From the NCBI RefSeq assembly GCF_009914755.1, contig NC_060932.1: a stretch of DNA of 64,000 nt; one strand, given 5' to 3'. Both the position numbers and the translations under genes were made by a program. Positions 28,232 to 41,933 of the stretch are shown here, one piece after another. The stretch comes from the human T2T-CHM13v2.0 reference genome, Homo sapiens. The notes beneath the pieces were generated by a model. That model worked only from the letters and a program-made list of their open reading frames with translations. It did no database searches and was not told where the DNA came from. How positions within the stretch are numbered: position 1 is the first letter of the stretch; the number at the start of each line of letters is the position of its first letter.

Positions 28232-28580
28232 ATTTTTTTCCCCCAGCTTTATTTAGGTATAATTGAAATATCAAAATGGTATATATTCAAGATATACACA
28301 TGTTGATTTTATATACGTATACATTGGGTAATGGTTACCACAAGCAAATTAATTGACACACCCTTCACTACACTTAGTTACCATTGTGTCTATGTGTGTG
28401 GAAAGGACACTTAAGATCTGCTCCCTTAGCAAAGTTCAAGTAAACAATAAGGTATTATTAACTGTAGTCCGTGCTATACATTATATACATATATAACCCA
28501 TGCTATACATTAGATTCCCCTGAACTTATTCACCTGATAACTGAAAGTTTGTACCCTTTGAACAACATGTCCCCATTTCT
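28232..28580 (-). mobile_element. L1MA8-10-like 3' end
   Basis: agctttatttaggtataattga...acacttaagatctgctcccttagcaaa...aactgaaagtttgtaccctttga. Confidence 0.8.
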
Positions 28581-31302
28581 TTTGAGACTTTGATGTAATT
28601 TAAAGACCTTCTCTTTTGAGAGATGCACCCTGCACTACAAACAATGCATATAATTACAGGTGGTTCCCGGGCCCCTTAAAGCTGTTTAGATCTTCAACCT
28701 CAAGTTAAAAACCCCTGCTTTAAGAAGGATCCCTCAAGGTCTCTGAAATGTCACTTGCATGGGCACTTAACAGCTCATAAAAGACCCCCCCACCTTTCCT
28801 TGCAAAGCATGTACATGTCTCTCTCTTATTTCCCTCCCTCATCCTCTCCATGCCCCATCCTTGCTCCCTCTTTAGGGAGGTGGGCGGGGGTCATCTGTCC
28901 TCCTTTATAGATCAGGACCTGGGGCCAGAGACTCTAAGTGGCTCCTGCAGAGCTGCACAGCTGGGAGCTGAAGGGGCTGGCTCTCAGCTCACTCCACTAA
29001 TCTCGGATTTCTTCTTAGCTCCCATCCCACTATCTTCTATTTGCCAGTCAGTTATAAATAGCTCAAAGAAGATTTTATTTTCAGTTCCGAAGTGACATGT
29101 GCTGTCAGCAACACCACAAAACACTTCATTGATGTTTTCAAGGAGGTGGGGAAGGGGAAATAAAATTGCTTATTTGCCCAAAGCAATGTTCGGTGAACGA
29201 AAATCCATTGACTCTCTTTGGGACTCTCAGCTTTTCCCCAGTGAATGGATTTTCAAATTTGGAGCACAGGTGGCCTTCAGGCTGAATGGCTGCCATCCAC
29301 CTCTTGAATTAATTCAGTCAGTGCCACAGCTCAGGGGTGGTTAGGAGTTGGAGTTCCCCAGCCCCACCTCTGCCTGGCCCCTGAGACTGGGGAAAAGCGT
29401 GTGTGAGTGGGAGCAGGGGAGTGGGAGGGGTAGGCAATTCCTAGCAGATTTGGGGGCCTTGTCTGGAAAGGGTAAGTGGTTATTTTTCTGTCTTGATGCT
29501 TGTCAGAGCAAAGGTAGGAGAGGGGAGGCATTTCTTGATGTATTGAGCCTTCCCACCAGAAGGGAAAATCACAACCAAATCTTTGCGATCATAGAGAGAG
29601 GGAAGGGGTTATGTTAGACATCGGGGTGAGGCTGGGGTGTTTCTCGGTGATATTATCCCATGAATAACCAAATGGAGCCCAAGTAAACAGCAGTGGAGGG
29701 AGGAACATATGCACTAATAGAAACGGGAAGGCAAACAGCCTAGGATTGCCAGCTGGGCCTTACGGGGCCCAGCGATTTGTAGGGGATGCTTTGGCTTGAT
29801 AATAGCCTAAGAAGCTTCCTGCCCCTGTTCTATTCAAAACAGCTGGAAGTTAGAGTTACACCTAGCAATCCATGAGCTACCTCTCCGTTATCCTTTGAGA
29901 TGAAAATCATTGCTATTGCACCCATTTGACAGATGAAAAAATTGGGCTGTGAAGAGACTAAGTCATTTTCTTAAGGTCACAAGTGACTAAAGGTGGCAGT
30001 TCGTCTGTGGAGTTTGTCCTCCTAACCTCTTTATTATCTCAGTGGGCAAACCTTAGAATGAATAGAGAGCAGCTCTGATACCTAGTGGGAAAGGAACACA
30101 GGGCAGGGGGCAGGTGGGGGGAAGGTGGTGGGGAGATAGAGAGGAGAGAGGAGAGAGGAGAGAGGGCTGTCCTCTTTCATATCTAACCCTGAGCCGGCTT
30201 AGGTTGCCTATAGGAGAAGGCGGAAACCTTGGGAGGGAGGGAGGGAGAGATAATGAGACCCGAGCTCAGGACAGCTGGCCTAACCCTAGCTCTTATCACT
30301 TACCCTAGCTCTTAGCACTTTGGATTTGCAGAAGGAGGAGAAACAAGAGCTAATTCACTTACTGACCTTTTAACTCTACTCTCTGAAATCTTCATTACTG
30401 GCAACATTGGCTTGTTGTCCTGGAATCTGTCAACCAGAATGGCTTTTTTCCCTCCTTGGAGAGATGGAGAAAGGTAGGAGCAAAGAGGTGCCTGAAATAT
30501 AGCTCTGAGTTACTATTTCTAGTCCCTGTTCCGGCCTCTGCCTCCTCCCTTAGAAAACCTTGGCTTCAAACCTGGGGTGGGGGAAGAAAAGAACCTAAAT
30601 TTACGCACCCTAAACCCTGTGCAGGTGCTTCTCCTGGCTCGGCTCATTCACGCCTCTCTGGAGTGCCAAGAGGAACGTCCCCTCTTCCCATTTTACAGAT
30701 GAGGAATCTGAAATGATGGTTTTTATTTACTGGCTTGTTTTTATCTCCCCCATTGGAGTATAAGCTCCATGCAGTGATGACCTTAATGATCTTTATATAT
30801 GTCCCCAGTGGCTCACACAGTGCCTGGCACCTTGCAGTTGCTCAGAAAATACTTGTGGAATGAATGCATGAAGTAATTTGCCCAGTGCCGGGGACCATAA
30901 TGTAAACACAGGTCTGTACGATTGCACTGAAAAGAATCAGCTGCATGTATTCATTTCCGGGTGTTCAAGATAGAATCAGCTAAGCCCAGGTGCATGCACC
31001 TGGATGGAGCTAATTTGCAGCCCTCTGGAAACCAGCCCTTTTGTTCCCCTCAGGACTGGGGGAAGTCTATAGCATTTACTATTCAATTCAACTCAATGTG
31101 TATTTATAGGGCTCCAACCATGTTCCCAGCACTGAGTAACACCAAAGAAATATACGACAGGAGTTGTCTCAGCTTTGGAGAAGATCCTACTACAGACATG
31201 GAGTTAAAATGGACATACCAAGGAAGCTTATTCTCTTCGGGGTTCAGCTCCTTCAAGTGTAAAATAAGGAGTTAGGATTTTCTAGATGTTGTCTTCTTAC
31301 TG

Positions 31303-31750
31303 GACTATACAAGGGTAGAGTTCCCCTACAAGGCAGACCTTGAGATAAGTATTGGGGGCAGTTAGTTTATTAGGAAGCCCTGGAATAAGTGAGGGAAGGA
31401 ATGTGAGGAAGGGAGGAAAGTCTTATTGATGAGTGGTCACTGCTGTCAGCAGGTGACTGGGACTTTGTCTCACTGGGGACCTCTGGGAGACTGTTTTAGA
31501 CACATCTGACAACTTTTCCACTTCAGGATGACGATGCTGGGGTCTTTATCCACCAACTTCCAACCTCATTGGTCTATGACTGCTCCTGAAACATTGATTC
31601 CTGGCATGTCCAGCCTGCCTCAGGCTCTGAGATGAGAGCATTCTCAGATAGAGAGATGCAGTGAGCTGTTGGCATGTATGGGAATCGTCATCAGGAGCTC
31701 ACTCCAGGTGGGCTGAGAGGGTCATGGCAGGAAAACAACAGCATCTGCAT
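31303..31750 (-). mobile_element. LTR16-like ERVL LTR
   Basis: ggcagaccttgagataag...tagtttattaggaag...gggacctctgggagactg...tttatccaccaacttcc...cagcatctgc. Confidence 0.6.
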
Positions 31751-32339
31751 CTGTGACAGGGAACATTTTTGTTTCATCCACCTCTGTGTCACCATGCAGG
31801 AGGTGCCATGCATTTGTATTGGATGAATGAGTGAACTCTCCCTCCAGCTCCTGCTTTCCCAGTTCTGTGGCGTCTGAAACAATGACCACTGAATAACAGA
31901 GTAAATGGAGTGCTGCCCTGTAATGGAGCAGACCAAGGGTGATAGAGGGCTTCGGACAATTATGGGACTCTGAACCAGCTGGAGAAGCCAGAAGCCTTCC
32001 ATGGAGGTGAGGGCTGGGCCAGGCAGTGAAGGACATGGTTTCCAGAGGTGACGGGGGGACATCCTGGGTGTCCACAGAGAGGCAAGAAGAGCATGGTGTC
32101 CAGGATAGACCTTTTAAGCCACCACCCTGCCCTGTGCTGGCCCTGAGCCCACACCTCAGAGTCCTGCAGCCTCCTGTCTCTGGTTGTGGCTTTGATTCAG
32201 CACCACTTGCCCGCACTGCCCTTGAATACCCTCTGTCCTGCCTTGATTCTCCCGGCTTCTGGCGAGGGCCCCTCTCTCTTTTCTAGCTTCACCTCGCCCT
32301 TCTGACTCAGGGACAGATTGGATGTGGGGCCAGGTCATG

Positions 32340-32545
32340 GGTTCTGGGGTCTCTAGATATGGCTCCAGGACTGCCTCTGCATTTACTTGTTGAGCAACCT
32401 TAGGGAAGTGACTTCACAACACTAAGGCTCATCTGCAAAAGGGGATGAGGGTAGCCCTGGCCTCCTTGTGCTGCTACTAGGATTAAATGAGCAGACACAT
32501 GTAAGGGGCTTAGCGCTGAGCCCGCCTAGGGGGTTAGCTGTAACT
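32340..32545 (+). mobile_element. MIR SINE
   Basis: ctcatctgcaaaaggggatg...ggattaaatgagcagacacatgtaagg. Confidence 0.65.
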
Positions 32546-33737
32546 TCAGCTGAGTTGAGACACTGATTTCTCCCTTGTGCAGTGGTGATGGAGATGACAT
32601 GGTATGGGGCATACAAGGGGCTTTAAGTGCTTTGCACAGGGCTCAGCATGTGATAGAGACTTAGAGGACATTTGTTTTTATTTTACTTTACAAATGCTGC
32701 TTCTGATATCTGAGACCTGACCTTGGTGTCACTCAGCCTCCTCCTCACTCAGCCTCTGACCACCTTTTGTCCACAGATGCTCCCCTGCTGCTCAGTGTGG
32801 GGTGTCCTCTGCCCAGACCCTGTTTTCCACACTATACTACAGTGCCATGTGGAGCAGTGGGAGCCAGGCCCAAGGATCCAGGGAAACGTGTGGGGAAAGC
32901 AACAAGGGAGTTTGGTTGGGGAGGATGTCTCCTGCTTATAAGGCATGGTCTGGATGGGAGTTGCGGGGAGATACTTCACCTCCACCAATGGTGTGGCCTG
33001 CACCCTTGCCCACCTCTGAGCCTCAGATCTGAAGATGGATCAATTGCACCTGTTGCCTGGGGTTGGTGGGAGAATTCAGAGAACCTGACAAAGCCAGAGC
33101 TCAAGCCCAGTTTTTGTCACTAACACCCCCATTTGCTCCAAGTGCAGCAAGGATGGAAGGGGAGGTGACAGTGAGCCATGGAAGGCTGAGAATGCATGAC
33201 TAATGGCATCTGAGAAAGTTCTGGCCCTCAATTCCTCACTGTGATCTTGGGAGACTTGTTTTACTGCTCCAAATGTGGTTCCTTATTTGAAAGGTGGATC
33301 TAATAATCCTTTGTTATTTTCTTAAAGAGTTGTACTGGAGATCAAAGTGCCTAATGAATGAGAAAGGGCTTTGTAAAATGGAATGAGAGGTGCGCATATC
33401 AGGTTATTGTTATTATTATTGTTATTGTTGTTGCTGTTGATTTTTTGTTTTCTTCTCTCTGGCTATCCCTTTTCTTTCCAGTAACACCACATTGATTTTT
33501 CTTTGGGGGGACCCCTCCTCTGGTTTCTGAATTCATGAGATTTGGGTTAGGCTACCCTACTCTCCTGGATTCAGGAGGCACCCAGGCCCGGCCATTTGTC
33601 AAATTCGATTTCTCTGGATTTAGTGATTGGTTTAGGGGGATGGGCGTGAATCCCAAATCAGTCTGACGACTGAGTCTATGCCGGAACAATCAGGAAGAGA
33701 GTCTTTCTGCTGCAATTACAAGCTGGAAATATCCCAC

Positions 33738-34352
33738 AGTGGTGGTTAAAGGTGCCTGTAAGTTGTATGGGCTCTAGAATCAAACTCGGGTTCTTATTTC
33801 AGCTCTGCCATTTACTAGCCCTTTGTTCATTCCTGCTGCCAGAACAAGATACCTTAGTTTGGGTAATATATAAACAATAAAAATTAATTTTTCACAGTTC
33901 TGGAAGTTGAGAAGTCTAAGATCAAGGTGCTGGCAGGTTTGGCATCCAGTAAAGGCCCATTCCTCTTCGGGAACTCTGTGTCCTCGTTGCAGAAGAGATG
34001 GAAGGGCAAAAGGGGACAGCAGCTTTCTCAAATTTCTTTTATAAAGTCATTAATCTCATTCCTGAGGGCTCCACCTTTATGACTTAATCACCTCCTAAAC
34101 ACCCCATCTCTTAATCACATCAATAATTATGTTTCAATACATGATTTTTTGGGGGACACATTTATACTGCAGCATTAACTGCATGATTTTGGGTAAGTTA
34201 CTTAACCTCTCAATGCCTCAATTTGTCATCTATGAAAAAGCATTTAAAAAGCACCCACCTTACAGAGTTATTCTGAGTTCTAAATGACTGAATGTTTAGA
34301 AAATATTTAGAATATTGTCAGGATGGGGTAGGCAATCATGCATGTTAGCTAA
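33738..34352 (+). mobile_element. MIR split by an MLT1A-type LTR
   Basis: 5' part agtggtggttaa...cagctctgccatttactagc; resumes at ~34175 with gattttgggtaagttacttaacctctcaatgcctcaattt. Confidence 0.75.
33820..34174 (-). mobile_element. MLT1A/MST-type MaLR LTR
   Basis: tcacagttctggaagttgagaagtctaagatcaaggtgctggcag...gggctccacctttatgacttaatcacctcc. Confidence 0.8.
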
Positions 34353-34550
34353 TACCAGCTGTTAGGTTGGCCTGGAACCACCTGCAGGTACAAGGAAAAG
34401 GGTCTTTCTGGCATTGAAGCTAGCACAGATCCCAGCCACGGCAAGACTGGTCCTGGTGGTATCACTGGAGCACCTGGATCCATTTATGCTTGAATGCAAC
34501 TGAATCTCTAGAGTTTCCTGTTTAGGCCAGTTAGAGTTGAATTTTTGTAA

Positions 34551-34906
<356 letters not shown>

Positions 34907-34994
34907 TAGAGCATTAACTGTTGCAGTGAATATTTCCACATAAGGCTGCTTGCTATTACAGCATTAGAACTTCTTTTGATCCCTTGTTTCTTCA

Positions 34995-35468
34995 GGCTAA
35001 AGTTCAGATTCCTTCATGAAGCCTCCAAGCCTTCAAGGCCCTGCCCTGCCTCATTCTTTGGCCTCGTTTCTCTGCACCAACTTGTCTGCAAATCTCCAGC
35101 CTCTCCACACTTTCAGCACCCCAAGTCCAACCTGCTCTATCCTCCTCTGTGACTTTGCACATGCAGTTCCTGCTCCTGGGAATGCTTTTCCCCGTGGGTT
35201 GCTTCTTCCTTGGGTATTCTTGCTTTGAGAAGCTCTCTTGAACATCCTGAGCCTGGATTGGGTGTCACTCCTCTGACTCTGCATAACAGACACATCCCCA
35301 ACCATCACACTCTCCTGCAGGGGCCAGTTTCCTTCTTGACTCACCTCCAATACTCAGATTTCCTTGAAAGCAGAGACTTTAGATATGAATAAAATAGCTC
35401 TGCATCTCCAGGGGATGGCACAGTGTCTGCTACATAGAAGGTGCTCAACACACATTCATGAAATGACT
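34995..35468 (+). mobile_element. L2 3' region
   Basis: ctttgcacatgcagttcctgctcctgggaatgc...gcacagtgtctgctacatagaaggtgctcaac. Confidence 0.7.
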
Positions 35469-36697
35469 CACAACCACCCCTGTGAGTGGGAAAGGAGCGA
35501 CGAAAGACAGATGCAAGGTGCCAGTATTTGGATATGCTAAGAACCCTTAACGTGATTTGTTACAGTCGAGCCGTTAGGATACTAGCAGAGGCAGGCTGTT
35601 CAGAAGCTCTGCAGCTGAGGGACCTGCTGGACATCCACTGGTGTCTGGTTTGGCCACACATTGCCAGTGAAACAAACTTCCACCTGACAGGTGCTTGATT
35701 TAATAAAAAACCCTAAACTCACATCAGCCCTGATATGCCCAGGGAATAGGATGGCAAATTAAAGAGATAGAAACTCCACTTTGGTGCAAACCAAGATTTA
35801 AAACGCCCTAATAGCCCTTATTTATAGAGTTTGGATTTCCCTTTAACACTTGGGTGAGAATGGGACAGCTTACTTGCCCTAAACACTAATGAATTCTGTG
35901 CCGTGTTCTGGCTCCTGGCGTGAAGTGCCTGATAAATGTTCCCATCTTTCTACAGGGAAATTTCTCTCCCTGCTAATTGCTGTTAGCACCCATCAGGATC
36001 ACGGAGAAAGCAGTGTCCCAGCCAGAGGGGCCTTAGGGCTGAGCTCTGTCACCAGGAGACGGTCTCTTTAGGAGGATGAGGGACCCATAAAGGGCTGCAC
36101 ATGCAGGGCATGCCCACCATGGAAATCCAAGGAGTCTAGACCAGCAGCTTCCAAACTGTGTCCCATGGAGCCACAGGGCCCTGGGAGAGGCCTGAGAAAC
36201 TGGTGTGGAGGTCCCTGGGTAGGGGGGTTGATCTGTGGGGTGCTGGATTCTACCAACCTCTTAATATTACTAGCCCCATTGATCTATTTTATATCTAAAT
36301 CAGCGCTAAAGGGTTTATCCAAGAAGTTCTGCTAATTCAAAAAGAAAGATTTGAAAACTGCAGATTTAGTCCAGTCCTCACCTTTGACAGGTGAGTAGAC
36401 ACAGCCTGGGGAGTGGGAGGTAGAGAGAGGGGAGGTACTACAAGGTCACATAGAGAATCCAGTTCAGACCTGGGCCATGCGCACAGACCTCCCGATTGCA
36501 CAGGCACGTTTCTGCCTTTGTGTTTTTCACTTTCCACATCCCACATCTGCCTGTTTCATACTTTGATTAATGCTCAAGCACCCACCTGCCCTGTCGACCT
36601 CAGAGATTACAAGTGAGGAAGAATGAGGGGGATTGATCCTCTGCAGGGGAGGGCATCTCTTTTGTGCCAGGCACAGGTTAGGAACTTCAGACTTACT

Positions 36698-37055
36698 CTC
36701 ATTTATTTAACAAAGGTTTACTGATGCATATAATGTGTTGGGGGTTCAGGGCAAAACAAGATGCAGGTCCTGATGTTAGAGCATTTGTGTGTCTGTGGGA
36801 GGGAAGGGTAAGGAAACAAATAGATGAGTAAACACATACACAAAATAATTGCAAGTGCCGTCTGGTGCAATGGAAGAAGGAAACTGTGCATTGTGATGGA
36901 AAATAATGGAGGGCTGGAGGGGGCTGATGCATCAAAGGATGGTCATGGTGTGGTAGCGGAGGGGGTTCCTCTGAGAAGGAGGCACTTGGGTTGAGACCTG
37001 AGGGTAAGAAGCAGGCAATTCAAAGCTGGTGATGAGGATTCTGGGCAGAGGCCTC
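36698..37055 (-). mobile_element. L2 3' region
   Basis: tcatttatttaacaaa...cctctgagaaggaggcacttgggttgagacctgaggg...attctgggcagagg. Confidence 0.7.
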
Positions 37056-37299
37056 CAGGCAGAGTCTAGCACCTGGAACAGAACAGTGCCCTGGAACTCA
37101 CTGGCCTCTGTGTTCCTCCACCTCTTCCCCCAGCCACTCACTCCAGTGCTACACCTTGGTGTTTGCAGCATCTTTGAAACCTCCCTTTAGAATACAGTGC
37201 TTTCTGGGCACACCCCTGACCCCTGAAGGTGACAGACTCAGTGCCCCAGCTCCCAATGGCTCCATTTCATTGCCATTCATCCATCTACCCTATTTTCAT

Positions 37300-38835
37300 G
37301 ATCAGTCACCCCCTCATGACCTCTTTTCCTCTCAGGCACACTTTATCTTCTAAGGACCATCATTAAAATCACTCTTTGCAAATACTTCTAATGTCCATGC
37401 ATCTCTCCTCTGCTTAACTGACCCAGCCAAAGCTCAGCCCTGATTAAGCTCAGATGTGCATTGTCCCTCCTATCTGTTCCTATGCAGCCGAATGAATGGA
37501 GACAGCACTGAGACTGGTCCTGCAGGAAGAGTATGGCGTGTAACTGCAGATGGACACTCAAGTGTGGTTGACAACCCTGCTACACTTAGATATTATTTCT
37601 CATGCTCAGAAAAGGACTTTCTCCTCAATACCCCACTAGGTTTTCCCCATCTTCATTCTCAGCTGGTTGAATTGCTTACGTAATTCACGAGAAGCAGTCC
37701 CATTGGGAATCCTCTTCCCACCACCAGGCCCACCTTCCTTTCCTCCCTTTTCAGCAGATGAATGGCCCCAGCTTCTATCAAAGGGCAAACTTTCACTGTG
37801 GACTGGATTATAGGACTTTACTCCTCTATTTAGAATTATTCTTTCAGAATAATACCATGTGCTAATATCTCCTGCCTTTTCATATTCCCCACTTGCTTCT
37901 GTTACTTTTCTCTCCATCAGAGAATCACTTCTTTCATGCATTTTTACTTCCAATCTCTCATTTCCTCTTCCACCTCCTCCAGTTGGGCTGAATGGGACCC
38001 TCCATTTGTGCTTTGTCGGGTCATGGTCAGCCTCTAGACCAGCAACTCTAAGGGTCTTGTCAGTCATCTCCCTTATTTCCCTGCAATATTCCACGTGGAT
38101 AATGACGTTGGCTTCACTCACAGCCCTGTCCAGGCCCTGCTCTGCCCTCCCTGGTTGTGTTCCCTTGTTGTCTTTGCTGGGTCTCCCTCCTCTGCTCTGG
38201 GTCTGAGCCCCAGTCTGACGACCATGCCAGGGCTCACTTCTGGGTCCTTTTTTCTTCTTTACCTATACACGCTCTCCTTAGGTGACTCCATCCATTTCCA
38301 CGGCTTTAAATACCATCTTCATGATAATAACTTCCAAATTTCTCTTCAGCACTGACACCCCTGCTGCAGACTCACATCTCCTGCTACTTGACGTCTCCAC
38401 TTAGATGACTAATGGGCACCTCAACTTAATATATCAAAAAGTCTTAATTTTCCCACCTTACCTCCACGGATGTTCTACCCTTCGTGTTTACCATCTTGAA
38501 ATGTCATCACCATCCCCCAAATCACTCAAGCCCAAGTCCCAGGAATCCTTTGTAATTCATGTCACCACTTCACCCCCACATTCAGCCCACAAGTGAGTGA
38601 GACCTGTGGGTGCTATCCTTCAGAGAGATTCGGAATCTACCTCCTTCTCTTCATCTTCCCTGCTGCTCCAAGTGCGCCAAGCTCCGCCAGTGCTCCCTCT
38701 GACTTTGACAGCAGCCTCCTAATTGGTCTCTGTGCTGCCTGTGTTGCTTTCTATAATCTGTCCTCTACGCAGAAGATTGAATGCTCTTTTAAAAATGTAA
38801 ATCTGAGCATCACTCACCTACTTTAGAACTTCTTA
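37300..38835 (+). mobile_element. Long decayed L2 ORF2 (reverse transcriptase) fragment
   Basis: ORF 38095-38355 reads LYLYTLSLGDSIHFHGFKYHLHDNNFQI, resembling the L2 RT motif with YADD decayed; downstream cagcctcctaattggtctc is typical of L2. Confidence 0.75.
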
Positions 38836-38994
38836 AGACTCCTGCTTTGCTGCTCTTTACAGCATCACCACCACTCACTTTGTCAGTCCTGGAAGGAGCG
38901 GCACACAAGCCACTGAATGGTTTTAGAAGAACTTCCACAAGAGCTAAGCACATTCCTTCCATCTCTACCTCATGTTTGGGGTTCAGAAGCTATT

Positions 38995-39195
38995 TTGGTA
39001 TGGAGAAAGAGCAAACACTTTGGAGCCAAACACACTCAGGTTAAAATCCTAGCTATGTTATCCGTGATCTCTGTGATTTGGATAAATCGCTTCTCCCTCT
39101 AAGGCCCCATCTGTAAAGTGGAAATGCAGATAATGATATCTATTTCACCATATGACCATGGGTACGTGTGAGGTGTCATATGGTGCCCAGCATGC
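38995..39195 (+). mobile_element. MIR SINE
   Basis: tttggagccaaacacactcaggttaaaatcctagct...catctgtaaagtgg. Confidence 0.6.
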
Positions 39196-40109
39196 GTTCC
39201 ATGATGCTGGCTGCTTCTCTCCCCGGTTCCCAATCTGTCACGGGTAATCAGCCATCCCAGGGGTGTGGGGTGGGAAACAGAGGACAGCTTAATAAAGGGG
39301 CCTGAAGAGGGAGCAGATTAAAGGCATCTAGAACTTTTTTCTTTCCTGAATTCTTCCGCAGAAATAATGCTCTGTGAGTAATCATGAGCAGAATTCATAA
39401 GGGCCACGGAGGACAAAGGGGAATATAAATGTTACATGAGGATAATGGCACCGATCTGAAAGCCCCATGGCGAGGAGTCTCTCTCACTCTGTAATTGTCA
39501 CCAGGCTGTGTCAGTGCCCACGGCAGGGAGTCACTTCAGAGGGCCTGCCAGGAGGAGGGATGTCATATCTGCGGGGGACACCTGCCCACGGGTCAATCCT
39601 GCAATAGTGACAGGCGGGCTTCTGCTGCAAGTGCACCTCCGTGCCAGCTGCTGACAGGGCAGGCAATGCCTGGGGAAGAGAAGGTAAGGGGAGACCAGCC
39701 TTTTCTGGGTGCCTTCTGTGGTCAGGATGGTGGGTGCAGCACTTCACCTCTCAGCATCAGCTGGGCCAAACCATGTGCAGTTCTCTGATATGACCGGCTC
39801 TTATTGACCATCTGTTTGGAAGACATTTCATCTCCCCTACTCCTTGGAGAAACTCTACAGATAGTACACCCTCCAGGAAGCCCTTTCTGATCTCTCTTCT
39901 ATTCTAGTCTGGGAGAAGTACCTCTCTATGTTCCATATCCTCCAAGAACTTCCTTCTCTCTCACTATAGCTTAACTTGCTGCCTACACTTTCTGAGCTCC
40001 TAGAGGCCAGGGACTATGCCTTTTTTCATCTCTTTTGCATCAACACGAAGCACATTGCTTGGCAATTAGCAAGTACTCAGTCGATGCTAATATAGTAACT
40101 TTCTAATGC

Positions 40110-40480
40110 TACTTTCATAATGAACCTGACATACAGCCTGTGAAATAAGCATCGTAACCTTCACATTTCAAATGAAGAAATGGCATGACAGCAGTAACAT
40201 AATCACCCAAGGACACGATGCTAATAAATCATGGAGATTGAATGGGAATCATTATGATCATGGTGATAGTTTCAGTTTGCTGAGCACCTACTATGTGCTA
40301 GGCCTTGTGCTTGGTTCTCACATGCATTATCTTTTGTCTTCCCACTAACCCTGGAAATTATATATTATCCCCATTGCATATATAGAAAAATGAAGGCCCA
40401 GTGAGGTTTATTACCTTCCCAAAATTATATAGATAATGTAGTGGTGAGATGGGTTAGGATCTGGCTATGTCTGATAACCT
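40110..40480 (-). mobile_element. Two MIR copies
   Basis: cacatttcaaatgaagaaa...cccaagg; tgagcacctactatgtgctaggc...tattatccccatt. Confidence 0.7.
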
Positions 40481-40967
40481 ATTTATGCTCCTATTGCTGT
40501 AACATGCTTGTTCCCATTCTATTAATGGGAGGGAAGGTGGATTCAAAGAGGGAATAGTAGATGTGGTTGATGAGTTCAGGGTATGATGGTTGAGTGTCTT
40601 CAAAGTCAGTGTATGACATGAACAGACAGAGAATTGTATAATCTTCACTGACAGTCACTTGATTATAGCTTAACCAATGGTAGCTTAACCAATGATAGAA
40701 GATAATTAAAACAAAGGATGTGTTCCCCAAAGGGGTTGGGTGGTCAGCACAAGAAAGAGTGCGGTCCAGCAAAATTGATCAGTGTGTAGGGCCAGGAGAT
40801 GCGATGCTTTGGGGCATGAGTGCAGATGCTGCTTTGTTGTTGCTGCTCTTTGCCAGCCTTCTCTGCTGGAGTTTGGACTATTGAGAGGGAGGTCTTCATT
40901 GTTGAGTCCCCAACATCTAGCACGTGAATGGCACATAATAGACATTCAAGAAATATGTCTGTGAACA

Positions 40968-41271
<304 letters not shown>

Positions 41272-41538
41272 GAAATATATCGGTGGGCACAAATGAACAC
41301 AATCCTTCTGTTCGCTAAAGGATGTTTTCTGGTCTGTGACTAAATATTTCATTGGGTTTTCCCAAGGGGAGGGGAACTATTTTTGACCTCTGCCAAACCA
41401 TTCTATGTTGTTGCTATTTTCCATGCTCCATGCTGCTGAAGTACTTTTTAAAAAAAAAGATCATTAGTGAGGCATAATTGATACACAGTAAACTGCATAT
41501 ATTTAAAGCATACAATTTAACACATTTTAGCATATGTA

Positions 41539-41933
41539 GTGACATGGTCTGAATGTGTCCCCCCAAATTCATGTGGTGGAAACTTAATCCCCAATGCAAG
41601 TGTTGAGAGGTGGGGCTTTTGGGAAGTGTTTAGGTCACAAGAGGTCCACCTTCATCATAAGTTAATGCCAGTGTAAAACGGGCTGACTGAGGGAGTTTGG
41701 TCCCTTTTCCTCTTCTGTCTTTTCTGTGATGTGAGGACCCAGTGTTTCTTCCCTCTGGAAGGCGCAGCATCAGAGTACCATCTTGGAAACAGAGAACAGC
41801 CCACACCAGACAGCAGAACCTCCAGGTGCCTTGATCTTGGACTTCCAGCCTCTAGATCAGTGAGAAATCCATTTCTGTTCTTTGTAAAGTACTTAGTCTC
41901 AGGTATGTTGTTATAGCAGCACAAACTAAGAGA
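41539..41933 (+). mobile_element. MSTC/D-like MaLR solo LTR
   Basis: tggtctgaatgtgtccccccaaattcatg...ccttgatcttggacttccagcctc...ttatagcagcacaaa; flanked by tatgta. Confidence 0.8.

Noticed and set aside
40666-40695. Tandem CCAAT boxes (tagcttaaccaatg x2)
   Set aside because: This is a 15-bp slippage duplication with no promoter context.
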